Source: Candidatus Falkowbacteria bacterium RIFOXYC2_FULL_36_12
GTDB taxonomy: Bacteria; Patescibacteriota; Patescibacteriia; UBA11705
DNA: 64,000 bases
Direction of reading: 5' to 3'
Assembly (NCBI GenBank): GCA_001778235.1
Contig: MFGJ01000008.1
Location: 129,148 to 193,147, forward strand
Part shown: piece after piece, positions 50,573 to 60,418 of the stretch
Position numbering within the stretch: the stretch's first letter is position 1
How the letters are laid out: every line of letters begins with the position of its first letter
The notes under the pieces: generated by a model
What the model saw: only the letters and a program-made list of their open reading frames with translations
Told to the model about the DNA's origin: nothing
Database searches by the model: none
Translations under genes and position numbers: made by a program

Positions 50573-51366
50573 TATCCTGAAATAAATTTCATTACTTTGC
50601 CCAAATACTGCTTCACATCACTCGGTGCTTCAAAATCATGATCAGCTTTTCTCAAAATTATTTGTTTAATTTCTTTTGGGACTTTATTATTACTTACGAT
50701 TGGCACTTTGCTGTCAACCAAACTCTGAACTACCAAAATATGATTAAGCGGGATTGTTACAGTTGACAACAAATCCTGATAATCCATTTCAATATTTTCA
50801 ATAAAATAATCATTTTTTAACCAATGAGCCTTGCGCTCATATTTTTTTTGTTTAATGAAAAGTTTATATTTTAATGGACTGAAAAACCTTTTATAATTAT
50901 CCCAAGTGATTGTCTTTTTATCTTTATACATTCCTCGAACAAAATAATATTTCAAAATTTCTTCCTGATTCCAAGCAGGAGCAAACAAGACTACTTTTGA
51001 AATAAATTTATTTTTTTCCTGAAGGGAATTTACAACCATACAGCCAGCAATACTATGACCAACAACAACTATTTCTTTTAATTGCGGACAGACTCTTTTA
51101 AATGCTTCAAGAGCTGAATCAAATTCTAAAGTTGATTTTTCAACCGTAAAATCTTCAAATTTACCTTCAGACAAACCACAGCCAGAAAAATCAAACCTAA
51201 AAGTGGAATATTTATCTTTTATTCCCTGAAAAATATTTCGAAACTTGTATTCATAACAATTCCTCTCAAATCCATGAACGAAAATTATCCCTTTTGAGCC
51301 AGAGTGTTTAGTCACAACTCCTCGGAGTAAATCTCCACGAAAATTTTTGAACTCAATTATCTGCAT
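50572..51366 (-). CDS. Alpha/beta hydrolase
   Basis: FVHGF, RFDFSGCGLSEG, GHSIAG nucleophile elbow, ADHDF. Confidence 0.88.
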   Translation of the reverse strand: MQIIEFKNFRGDLLRGVVTKHSGSKGIIFVHGFERNCYEYKFRNIFQGIKDKYSTFRFDFSGCGLSEGKFEDFTVEKSTLEFDSALEAFKRVCPQLKEIVVVGHSIAGCMVVNSLQEKNKFISKVVLFAPAWNQEEILKYYFVRGMYKDKKTITWDNYKRFFSPLKYKLFIKQKKYERKAHWLKNDYFIENIEMDYQDLLSTVTIPLNHILVVQSLVDSKVPIVSNNKVPKEIKQIILRKADHDFEAPSDVKQYLGKVMKFISG

Positions 51367-51367
51367 A

Positions 51368-52018
51368 TTATAAATATTTAAGAATACTTTTCATATCTCT
51401 ACTGTTTATTATTACATCTGCCTCTTTTTCCAATTCTCCATTTTTTGGATTAAAAGCAATAAATAAGCCTGCAATCTCCCCCATTGGAATATCTGTGATA
51501 GAATCACCAACGACCACAACATCCTTACCTGACACCTTATATTTCTTCATATAATTTTTTAATACTTCTGGTTTAACATACCGATCAACTTTCCTTTTTA
51601 ATTTTCCTGTTGCAATATTATGCTTGTATTGCAAAATATTTCCTGCCACAAAATCCAAATTCAACTTCTTGGCTAAAACCTCTAAAATAAATTGCGGATT
51701 TGAACTTATTGCTCCAACAATAATTTTTCTTTGTTTTAGCTTTGATATTACTTGCTTCACATTCTTTGCCAACCGAACATCAATATAACCAGAAGCGATT
51801 TGTAAAAGATATGTCTTTTTATAATTTTTAAATAATTCAGCCAATTGTTCGAGCCCCCATGGCCCTTTATTTTTTCTTTTTTCATATTCTGCATGCAATT
51901 TCGCGACTTCCTTTTCTTTTCCCAAAAATTCAGCCACTTCTTTAAATCCACCTTTTTCAACCTCAAGTAAAACCCCATCAACATCAAAAACAACCATCTG
52001 TTTTGCTCTTTTAGTCAT
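51368..52018 (-). CDS. HAD-IB hydrolase (phosphoserine phosphatase-like)
   Basis: FDVDGVL, VGDSITDIPM, IAFNP. Confidence 0.85.
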   Translation of the reverse strand: MTKRAKQMVVFDVDGVLLEVEKGGFKEVAEFLGKEKEVAKLHAEYEKRKNKGPWGLEQLAELFKNYKKTYLLQIASGYIDVRLAKNVKQVISKLKQRKIIVGAISSNPQFILEVLAKKLNLDFVAGNILQYKHNIATGKLKRKVDRYVKPEVLKNYMKKYKVSGKDVVVVGDSITDIPMGEIAGLFIAFNPKNGELEKEADVIINSRDMKSILKYL

Positions 52019-52109
52019 AAATTGAATTTCGTGAATTAATAGCCATCTTATTATAAATTATACCTCATTTGAAAAAAATATACCTTTTTGATTACAAATT
52101 CAACAATTT

Positions 52110-52176
52110 TTATCCACATTTAATTAATTTGACAATATTTTCATAGATGATATATTATTAGTAATGATTATCATTA
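52110..52176 (+). promoter_or_regulatory. Promoter of the perR cluster with a DnaA box and a Fur-type operator
   Basis: TTATCCACA (52110-52118); TTGACA(52129)-N13-TGa-TATATT; palindrome TAATGAT-T-ATCATTA (52162-52176). Confidence 0.7.
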
Positions 52177-52182
52177 ATATTT

Positions 52183-52596
52183 ATGCTCAATTATACTGAT
52201 TTAAAAACTAATATCAATAAATCAGGACAAAGACTCACACCACAAAGATTAACCATCCTGAAATATTTGCAAAGTGTTACCTGTCATCCAACCGCTGAAA
52301 AAATTTATCATCATGTCCGTCAAACAATTCCAAATGTCAGTCTAGGTACAGTCTATCGCAATTTAAATTATTTAGCACAAAAAGGTTTAATCATCCAATT
52401 TCAAAAAGACGCTAACCTTACATGCTTTGATGGTAATCCTTCAGATCACCTGCATTTCATCTGCCAAAAATGCCACAAAGTTTATGACATTTTCGAAAAC
52501 TCACCAATTGATGAAAAAAAACTGAAACAAATTGGTCAGCCACAAAAAATTGAATGTAAAATTTATGGGACTTGTAACAAATGTTTAAATAAATAA
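52183..52596 (+). CDS. perR: Fur-family regulator, PerR-like
   Basis: RLTPQR, HPTAE, TVYRNL, FDGNPSDHLHFICQKCHKVYD (PerR-type Asp ligand), CNKC; next to ahpC and sod. Confidence 0.8.
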   Translation: MLNYTDLKTNINKSGQRLTPQRLTILKYLQSVTCHPTAEKIYHHVRQTIPNVSLGTVYRNLNYLAQKGLIIQFQKDANLTCFDGNPSDHLHFICQKCHKVYDIFENSPIDEKKLKQIGQPQKIECKIYGTCNKCLNK

Positions 52597-52658
52597 TTAA
52601 CAATTTGTAATACTATAATCTCTGTCCCTGCATTTCGTAAAAATAACCCACCCAAATT

Positions 52659-53237
52659 ATGGAAACACAAAATTATTCACTCATAAATCAACCACTTCCT
52701 GACTTTGAGGTTGATATCTACCACCAAGGAAAAGAAAAAAAAATCAAACTTTCAGATTACCGAGGTAAATGGTTGATTTTATTCTTCTACCCAGCAGACT
52801 TCACCTTTGTCTGCCCAACAGAATTAAGAGAACTTGCCCAAAATTATGAGGCAATTAAAAATGAAAATGCCGAAGTTATCAGCTTCAGTACTGACACCGT
52901 CTTTGTTCACAAAGCTTGGCATGACAATTCTGACGCTATTTCTGGAGTTCAATTTCCTATGGCCGCTGACCCAACCGGCAAAGTTTGCAAAGCCCTAGGA
53001 ACCTATATCCCGGACGAAGGACTCTCACTAAGAGCAACCTTTATTATTGATCCAGAGGGAATTATTAAAGCCATTGAGATTCAAGACAACAATATTGGTC
53101 GAAGTGCCTCTGAAATGCTTCGTAAAATCCAAGCAGCAAAATTCGTAGCTGAACACGGAGGAGAAGTTTGTCCTGCTAGCTGGAAACCAGGAGACAAAAC
53201 CTTAAAACCAGATCTTGATCTCGTCGGCAAAATCTAA
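52659..53237 (+). CDS. ahpC: Alkyl hydroperoxide reductase C (2-Cys peroxiredoxin)
   Basis: FYPADFTFVCPTE, GEVCPASW, DLVGKI. Confidence 0.95.
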   Translation: METQNYSLINQPLPDFEVDIYHQGKEKKIKLSDYRGKWLILFFYPADFTFVCPTELRELAQNYEAIKNENAEVISFSTDTVFVHKAWHDNSDAISGVQFPMAADPTGKVCKALGTYIPDEGLSLRATFIIDPEGIIKAIEIQDNNIGRSASEMLRKIQAAKFVAEHGGEVCPASWKPGDKTLKPDLDLVGKI

Positions 53238-53354
53238 CCTAACTAAACTAATTCAGCATTATCAAGAAATAAAGCAATCACCCCTATCACATCATTCACA
53301 CCAATAACAACTTTACTTGCTTTATTCTTATCTCGCTGACCTCGCTAAAAAAAT

Positions 53355-53933
53355 ATGTTTGAATTACCAAAATTGGATTATCCCTATGATGCGCTTGAGC
53401 CACACATTGACGCGCATACAATGGAAATTCATCACTTAAAACATCATCAAGGCTACACTGACAAATTCAACGCTGTACTAGAAAAATACCCCATAATTGG
53501 CTCAATGCCTCTGGAAAATATTTTCCAAAAATTAAATGACCTAGAAATAGCTGAACCAGACCGCCAAGCAATCCGCAACAATGGAGGCGGTTACATCAAT
53601 CACAAAATTTTCTGGCAATCAATGGCGCCCGAAAAACAAATTGATCATGAGCTTATCAAAGAAATTGAAACTTCTTTTGGTTCAGTCGAAAATTTCAAAC
53701 AACAATTTTCCGATATTGCCAAAAATCAATTCGGCAGTGGCTGGGCTTGGCTTGTCAGAGATCAAAATAATGCCTTAAAAATTTATTCCCTACTCAATCA
53801 AGATTCACCTTATACATTAGGACATACCCCTATTTTCAACCTGGATGTTTGGGAACATGCCTACTACCTTAAGTACCAAAACAAACGCCCAGACTATGTT
53901 GAAGCTTGGTGGAATGTATTGAAGTTTTTATAA
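53355..53933 (+). CDS. sodA: Fe/Mn superoxide dismutase
   Basis: LEPHIDAHTMEIHHLKHH, NGGG (Mn-type), FGSGWAW, DVWEHAYY. Confidence 0.9.
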   Translation: MFELPKLDYPYDALEPHIDAHTMEIHHLKHHQGYTDKFNAVLEKYPIIGSMPLENIFQKLNDLEIAEPDRQAIRNNGGGYINHKIFWQSMAPEKQIDHELIKEIETSFGSVENFKQQFSDIAKNQFGSGWAWLVRDQNNALKIYSLLNQDSPYTLGHTPIFNLDVWEHAYYLKYQNKRPDYVEAWWNVLKFL

Positions 53934-54021
53934 ACAAACTTCATTTTAAAAGATCCTAAGAAATTTAATATAAAAATAACTTGCGTGATTGGCCTCATGC
54001 GAGTTATTTTTACCAGCTACT

Positions 54022-56853
54022 ATGCAAATAAACACAAAAATTAAAAAAAGAAATGGTAATATTGTCGAGTTTGATAATCAAAAAATAAAAACTGCCATCA
54101 GTAAAGCAGCTGAAGCATCAGGAGATAAAATTGAAAATGGATTATTACAAACAATCTCCCAGGAAGTAATCACTGACCTAGAACTTAAATTTTTCAACCA
54201 AGACATCATACCCAATGTCGAAGATGTCCAGAATTTTGTTGAAAAAAAATTAATGGAAAAAGGCTTTTTCCGAACAGCTAAACACTATATTATTTATCGC
54301 TATGAACATTTCAAGACACGAGAAGAACATAGACAACAAATCCAACAAAAATTAGACAACAATCAACTCTATGTCATCAAAAAAAATGGCAATAAACAAC
54401 TTTTTTCAATTGAGAAAATAAAAAAATTCATCTTAAACTTTACTCAAAACAATCAAAGCCAAATTGATATTGATTCTATCGCCAGACAAACACAAAAAGA
54501 AGTTTTTGAAGGCATCGACACCAAAAAAATCCAAGAAACCATCATTCTGGCAACCAGAGCTAAGATCGAACAAGAGCCGAGTTACTCCACTCTGGCAACA
54601 AAGATTCTCTCCGACTCTATCTACAAAGAAGTGATACAAATAAATCGTAAAACTGAAAACCTTGAACAAAAACATCAACAAGCTTTTATAAATTACATCA
54701 AGAAAGCCGTCAAACTAAAAATTCTTGATGTCAGAATGTTACTATTTGATTTAGAAAAACTTGCAAAAATCATTAATATTGAGAGAGATGAACTATTTGA
54801 ATACATGGGACTTCAAACTCTCTACGATCGATATCTGATTCGTAATCCCCAAAATAATATTCTACTAGAAACCCCACAATTTTTCTGGATGCGTGTAGCC
54901 ATGGGTTTAGCAATCGAAGAAAATAATCAAGATCAAAAAGCCGAAGAATTTTATAATATTATTTCTACTTTGCATTATGTCCCCTCAACACCAACACTCT
55001 TTCATGCTGGGACAATTCACCCACAATTGAGTTCCTGTTATCTCACAACTGTTGAAGATTCACTTGAACACATTTTCAAATCCATTGGTGACAATGCTCA
55101 ACTTTCAAAATGGTCAGGCGGAATAGGCAATGATTGGACCAACATTCGTGGTATGGGTGCTCTGATCAAAGGCACCCGGGTTGAAAGTCAAGGTGTAATT
55201 CCTTTTCTTAAAATCGCCAACGATACAACCGTAGCCATAAATCGCAGTGGTCGAAGACGCGGAGCCACTTGCGCTTACCTTGAAGCTTGGCATTATGATT
55301 TTGAAGACTTTTTGGAACTCCGTCGTAATACCGGTGATGAAAGAAGAAGAACTCATGATATGAATACAGCTGCTTGGATTCCAGACTTGTTTATGAAAAG
55401 AATTGCCGAAGACAAAGATTGGACTTTTTTTTCACCAGATGAGGTCCCAGACCTTCATCACATCTATGGCCAACAATTTGAACAACAATATGAGCACTAT
55501 GAAAAACTGGCTGAACAAGGAAAAATGAAATTATTTAAAAAAATAAAAGCCAAAGAACTCTGGAGAAAAATGCTCACCATGCTATTCGAAACCGGACATC
55601 CCTGGATCACTTTCAAAGATCCTTGCAACCTCCGTTCACCCCAAGATCATGTTGGAGTAATTCACAATTCTAATTTATGCACTGAAATAACTCTAAATAC
55701 TTCAGTTGAAGAAACAGCCGTTTGCAATCTTGGATCAATAAACCTCGCCAGACACATTTCAAATGGACAACTTGATAAAGAAAAACTCCAATCAACAATT
55801 GATACTGCCATCAGAATGCTCGACAATGTTATTGATATCAATTTCTATCCAACAAAAGAAGCAAAATTTGCCAATTTGAAACATCGCCCGATTGGACTCG
55901 GCATCATGGGTTATCAAGATGCTCTATATCAAATGAACATAAATTTTGATAGTGATAAAGCCATCGAATTTGCAGACCAATCAATGGAATTTATTTCATA
56001 TCACGCTATTTTAGGTTCATCAAAATTAGCAGAAGAAAAAGGAGCTTATAAAACATTCCCAAATTCCAAATGGGCCCGTGGTATCTTGCCCCATGACACA
56101 ATTACACTGCTTGAAAAAGAACGAGGCCAAGAAATCCCAATCAACAAATCTCAAACACTTAATTGGGAATATGTTCGACAAGAAATTATGGCAAAAGGCA
56201 TGAGAAATTCAAACTGCATGGCAATTGCCCCAACCGCCACCATTTCAAACATTGCCGGTTGCCTGCCAAGCATAGAACCAATCTATAAAAACATCTATGT
56301 CAAATCAAACATGAGTGGTGAATTTACTATTGTAAATCAATATCTTATAGAAGATTTGAAAAAAATAAATCTTTGGAACGAAGAAATGCTTAATCAAATC
56401 AAAAAAAATGATGGCGATATTAGTAATATTGAATTCATTCCAAAAGATCTAAGAACAAAATACAAAGAAACCTTTAGCATTGATGCGGAATGGCTGATTA
56501 AATCTGCTGCCCACAGAGGTAAATGGATCGACCAGAGCCAATCACTCAATATTTACCTAAAAACTACTTCTGGAAAAAGAATTTCTGAAGTCTACCAATA
56601 CGCCTGGAAGCTTGGACTGAAAACCACTTACTATTTACGCACATTAGCTGCTTCGGGCATAGAAAAAAGTACTTTAGAGATAAAACAACAAAACATTACT
56701 TCCAAAGATAATATTCAAGTCGCCAATGTCTCTGACAAAATAAAAGCACAGGCATCTTCTCAAGATACCTTAACCAAGCAACAACAATTTGCTGAATCCA
56801 GTTCAGTAAAATTATGCAAAATCAATGATCCAGAGTGTGAAGCTTGCCAATAA
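54022..56853 (+). CDS. nrdA: Ribonucleoside-diphosphate reductase alpha subunit with tandem ATP cones
   Basis: IKKRNG and VIKKNG cone starts, QLSSC, SNLCTEI, APTATIS, KTTYYLR, C-terminal CEACQ. Confidence 0.96.
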   Translation: MQINTKIKKRNGNIVEFDNQKIKTAISKAAEASGDKIENGLLQTISQEVITDLELKFFNQDIIPNVEDVQNFVEKKLMEKGFFRTAKHYIIYRYEHFKTREEHRQQIQQKLDNNQLYVIKKNGNKQLFSIEKIKKFILNFTQNNQSQIDIDSIARQTQKEVFEGIDTKKIQETIILATRAKIEQEPSYSTLATKILSDSIYKEVIQINRKTENLEQKHQQAFINYIKKAVKLKILDVRMLLFDLEKLAKIINIERDELFEYMGLQTLYDRYLIRNPQNNILLETPQFFWMRVAMGLAIEENNQDQKAEEFYNIISTLHYVPSTPTLFHAGTIHPQLSSCYLTTVEDSLEHIFKSIGDNAQLSKWSGGIGNDWTNIRGMGALIKGTRVESQGVIPFLKIANDTTVAINRSGRRRGATCAYLEAWHYDFEDFLELRRNTGDERRRTHDMNTAAWIPDLFMKRIAEDKDWTFFSPDEVPDLHHIYGQQFEQQYEHYEKLAEQGKMKLFKKIKAKELWRKMLTMLFETGHPWITFKDPCNLRSPQDHVGVIHNSNLCTEITLNTSVEETAVCNLGSINLARHISNGQLDKEKLQSTIDTAIRMLDNVIDINFYPTKEAKFANLKHRPIGLGIMGYQDALYQMNINFDSDKAIEFADQSMEFISYHAILGSSKLAEEKGAYKTFPNSKWARGILPHDTITLLEKERGQEIPINKSQTLNWEYVRQEIMAKGMRNSNCMAIAPTATISNIAGCLPSIEPIYKNIYVKSNMSGEFTIVNQYLIEDLKKINLWNEEMLNQIKKNDGDISNIEFIPKDLRTKYKETFSIDAEWLIKSAAHRGKWIDQSQSLNIYLKTTSGKRISEVYQYAWKLGLKTTYYLRTLAASGIEKSTLEIKQQNITSKDNIQVANVSDKIKAQASSQDTLTKQQQFAESSSVKLCKINDPECEACQ

Positions 56854-56871
56854 ACTATAAATTACAAAAAT

Positions 56872-57885
56872 ATGAATCAAAGAAAAAAAATTATCAATTG
56901 CAATCTGACAGATCCCAATAAAATTCTGCCCTTTCAATATCCTTGGGCTAGAGTTCATTACAAAACAGGTGTTGCCAACAACTGGACACCAGAAGAAGTT
57001 CCAATGCAACAAGACATTGAACTCTGGAATAAGCAAGGAACAGGCTCTCTAACCGATAACGAGAAAAAAATGATTCTATGGAACCTTGGATTTTTTTCAA
57101 CTGCCGAAAGTCTAACCGCCAACAACATAGTTCTAGCAATTTATCGCCATGTTACCAACCCAGAATGTCGACAATACCTACTTCGACAAGGCTATGAAGA
57201 AGCTATTCACACTGACACTTTTATTTATATCTGTGATTCCTTGGGGTTAGACCCAGATGAGGTATATAATATGTATCAAAATACCTCCAGTATAAAAGCC
57301 AAAGATGATTTTGTTGTAGCAATCACCGAGTCAATACTAGATCCAAACTTCAAAACTGATACAGTTGAAAATATTCAAAAATTTGTTTCTGATTTAATCG
57401 GCTATTATATCATTATGGAAGGAATATTTTTTTATGCTGGCTTTGCAATGATGTTGTCACTACTTCGACAAAACCGAATGATAGGTATTGGTGAACAATT
57501 TCAGTATATTCTGCGTGATGAAACAACCCATTTAGCTTTTGGTGCGGATTTGATCAATACTATTGTCGAAGAAAATCCTGAAATTTGGACCGATGAATTC
57601 AGACAAACAATTGTCGAAAATATCCAAAAAGCAGTTAAACTTGAAGTCGCCTATGCCGAAGATGCACTGCCAATAGGGATTATGGGATTAAACTCTGAAA
57701 TAATTAAAGAGTACATGGAACATATTGCTGACCGCCGACTAGAAAGAATAAATCTTCAAAAAATTTACAATGCTGGAAATCCATTTCCTTGGATGAGTGA
57801 AATAGTTGATTTGAAAAAAGAAAAAAATTTCTTTGAAACCAGAGTGACAGAATATCAAACTGGCGGTAATCTTGACTGGGATTAA
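56872..57885 (+). CDS. nrdB: Ribonucleotide reductase beta subunit with class Ic (Mn/Fe) signature
   Basis: FFSTAESL (Glu79 ligand), EEAIHTDTF (Phe117 at the radical-Tyr position), EGIFFYAGF, RDETTH, NFFETRVTEY. Confidence 0.93.
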   Translation: MNQRKKIINCNLTDPNKILPFQYPWARVHYKTGVANNWTPEEVPMQQDIELWNKQGTGSLTDNEKKMILWNLGFFSTAESLTANNIVLAIYRHVTNPECRQYLLRQGYEEAIHTDTFIYICDSLGLDPDEVYNMYQNTSSIKAKDDFVVAITESILDPNFKTDTVENIQKFVSDLIGYYIIMEGIFFYAGFAMMLSLLRQNRMIGIGEQFQYILRDETTHLAFGADLINTIVEENPEIWTDEFRQTIVENIQKAVKLEVAYAEDALPIGIMGLNSEIIKEYMEHIADRRLERINLQKIYNAGNPFPWMSEIVDLKKEKNFFETRVTEYQTGGNLDWD

Positions 57886-57917
57886 TTTCATTCAGCTTTC
57901 CACCCAAATTTTACAAA

Positions 57918-57992
57918 AAAACTGCTTATTCACTTAAGCAGTTTTGACATTATTTCATTTTTATATTAAGATACTTTATTGTTCCTTCAATC
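57918..57992 (+). promoter_or_regulatory. nrdB terminator fused to the unit G promoter plus boxA-like motif
   Basis: Hairpin AAAACTGCTTA-TTCACT-TAAGCAGTTTT whose tail forms TTGACA(57944)-N17-TAAGAT, then TGTTCCTTCAATC (57980-57992). Confidence 0.7.
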
Positions 57993-58006
57993 ACCAGGAG
58001 GGAACC

Positions 58007-58423
58007 ATGAGTCTAAACTTCTTTGACCCAAACAGTATTACATCCTTGCATGCAGATTGCCAAAAAGCAGTTGAAGCCTTCTACCAGAAAATTTTCACAC
58101 ATATTGTTGGTCTTGACCGAAGACATTACCAGGACAATATTTATGCTTTTACCAACATTTTGTTCAAAATCTGCCTGCGAAGAAACTGTAATCTAATTTC
58201 GCTTCATAGAGGTTATAACTATAAACAAAGAAAATCTCTTGAAATATATTGCATGAAGCAAGTCAGACGAAAACTTGAATCAAAGCTTGTGACTGATGGA
58301 TATAATCTCGATGATGCTCTTCGAATTATTGCTGGAACATTCAAACTACAGATGGCTTTATATGTTCATTTTGGTCTTCAAGTAGAAGATTTTAGTCTGA
58401 TCGAAACAGGTCCAATTAATTAA
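58007..58423 (+). CDS. Hypothetical protein (orphan unit G)
   Basis: ATG at 58007 after AGGAGGG. Confidence 0.65.
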   Translation: MSLNFFDPNSITSLHADCQKAVEAFYQKIFTHIVGLDRRHYQDNIYAFTNILFKICLRRNCNLISLHRGYNYKQRKSLEIYCMKQVRRKLESKLVTDGYNLDDALRIIAGTFKLQMALYVHFGLQVEDFSLIETGPIN

Positions 58424-58432
58424 GCGTGGAAA

Positions 58433-58915
58433 CTACCGCGTTTTTTTTATTTCTGCTTGCAAGTCTTTCAACACCTGTTTAGCATGTTCAGCTGGTTTAA
58501 CCGACCTATATATTTTGAAAATTCTTCCTTTTGGGTCAATTAGGTATGACATTCTTTTTATTCCAAGAAAACTTTTACCAAACATTATTTTCTTTTGCCA
58601 AACACCATATTTTTCTAATATTTTTTTCTTTTCATCTGACAAAATAGTAAATGGTAATTTATGTTTCTCTGAAAAATTATTATGACTCTCTATACTATCA
58701 GCGCTAATCCCCAAAATCACAGCTTTTATTTTTCCAAACTCTGAATAATTATCACGAATAGAACAAGCTTCTTGAATACAACCTGGAGTATTATCTTTTG
58801 GATAAAAATAAATTAAAACCCATTGATTTTTATAATCACCCAAACGATGTTTTGCCCCCATTTGATCAGGCAGGGTAAAATCAGGTGCCACATCGCCAAT
58901 TTTTAATTCAGACAT
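58433..58915 (-). CDS. bcp: Peroxiredoxin Bcp/PrxQ
   Basis: YFYPKDNTPGCIQEAC. Confidence 0.93.
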   Translation of the reverse strand: MSELKIGDVAPDFTLPDQMGAKHRLGDYKNQWVLIYFYPKDNTPGCIQEACSIRDNYSEFGKIKAVILGISADSIESHNNFSEKHKLPFTILSDEKKKILEKYGVWQKKIMFGKSFLGIKRMSYLIDPKGRIFKIYRSVKPAEHAKQVLKDLQAEIKKTR

Positions 58916-59037
58916 ATATATAATTTATGATTTATATACTTTATCATAACCTATTTTAACAATATTTAAAACAAAAAACCGCTTGATTATGCCACTATCT
59001 CAAGCGGTTCAAATTTAGAATCTTTATATCTTCTAGC

Positions 59038-60339
59038 CTATTCCATTGAAACTTCATCCAATAAAGTTTTTAGCGCCTCTTCACTGATAACCGGCGGAAC
59101 TCCAGCTTCGGTTGGAGGTAAAGCTAAACACTTGGTCTTATAATCAAAAAATTCTCCGTCAGGAACAGCCACTGAAACAGTTAAATAATCAGCCTTGTAA
59201 GTTTGTGTTAGCTTAAGATATGAGTTGATGCCACCTTTAGAGTTCTCCAATTTCTTCGCACTCAATTGAAATGTTATAATCCCACCAGCTTGTTTTTTCC
59301 TCCTTTGGATATCTGCAATCACTTCAAAATCAGAAAACCCATATTTTGCAAACAACTTATTGATTGAGTCCAACTTCTCAACATTTTTTTCTTTTATCTC
59401 TGATTGTTCCCGTTCCCACTCCTGATAACTCCCATAAATCTCATTCGCTTCAGTTTCAGGTTGCTTATCTGCATCAAGAGCTAACTTCTCCAACAAGTCT
59501 CTACCTTGTTCACTATCAAGATCCAACAACTCTCCAATCCCTCTATTTTCCGCAAAATCAATAGTCTGCGGTTCAGCCATTTTAAAATCTTTAGTTCCAT
59601 CTTTTTTAAATAATGTTATAGTCCCACGACCATGACGAACAGCTTCGGTTCCATATGAGAAAAAATAACTTTTATTATTTATTTCAATTTCTCCTCTCAC
59701 ATGAAAATTCACGCGATCGCTAATACCAGCAGGGGTCATTTCTATCTTCAAATTTGATAAACCAATTTTTTTTAACACTGTCTTTACATCCTCTATCACT
59801 TGTTCCTCTTCTGTTTCAAATTTGAGCATTGTTTCAGCACCACCACACTCATACTCAATCCTCTGAACTATTTGTGTTTTATCTATTGATGAAACTGATT
59901 CTGAATAAATAAAGTTAACAATCATATCATCAACACTTCTAGGCCCAGAATCTTTTTTTGGGACACCAGCTATAAGTGACTCTACATAATCAGAATCAAA
60001 ATCATTTATCATTTGATCAACACTTCTATACCCAGAATCTTTTTTTGGGCCAGCAACTGTACTGACTTCTAAATGATCAGAATCATCCATCATTTGATCA
60101 GCACCTGTATCCCCAGAATCTTTTTCTTGGTCAACTCTAGCAGGAACATCTTTATCCGCCATTAATGCCGTAGCCACATTTTCTTGTGATGTTGCCTCTG
60201 CGAGTTCCTCTGCTCTACTTGCTTTTTGTTTGTCATAATACTCTTGTCGTTCATCTTCGGTTAATTGTTCTTCAATTTTTTTCTTACCAAACATGTCAGC
60301 CATTCTGCCGGCAAGACCAATTGGTTTTTTGTCTGTCAT
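59038..60339 (-). CDS. Acidic hypothetical protein with three internal KDSG repeats
   Basis: ATG at 60339; K/EKDSG..S/A.D.M repeated at 81-87 nt spacing. Confidence 0.75.
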   Translation of the reverse strand: MTDKKPIGLAGRMADMFGKKKIEEQLTEDERQEYYDKQKASRAEELAEATSQENVATALMADKDVPARVDQEKDSGDTGADQMMDDSDHLEVSTVAGPKKDSGYRSVDQMINDFDSDYVESLIAGVPKKDSGPRSVDDMIVNFIYSESVSSIDKTQIVQRIEYECGGAETMLKFETEEEQVIEDVKTVLKKIGLSNLKIEMTPAGISDRVNFHVRGEIEINNKSYFFSYGTEAVRHGRGTITLFKKDGTKDFKMAEPQTIDFAENRGIGELLDLDSEQGRDLLEKLALDADKQPETEANEIYGSYQEWEREQSEIKEKNVEKLDSINKLFAKYGFSDFEVIADIQRRKKQAGGIITFQLSAKKLENSKGGINSYLKLTQTYKADYLTVSVAVPDGEFFDYKTKCLALPPTEAGVPPVISEEALKTLLDEVSME

Positions 60340-60418
60340 AAATTTATTATTAATTATTTTATTCTCTACTACCTGATTTTGATCCAACTATTGAGAGTAC
60401 TCCAAATAAATCATCTTC

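Noticed and set aside
52605-52619. Per box upstream of ahpC (TTGTAATACTATAAT)
   Set aside because: Does not fit the 7-1-7 spacing of TTATAATnATTATAA; the AT-rich context makes a chance match likely.
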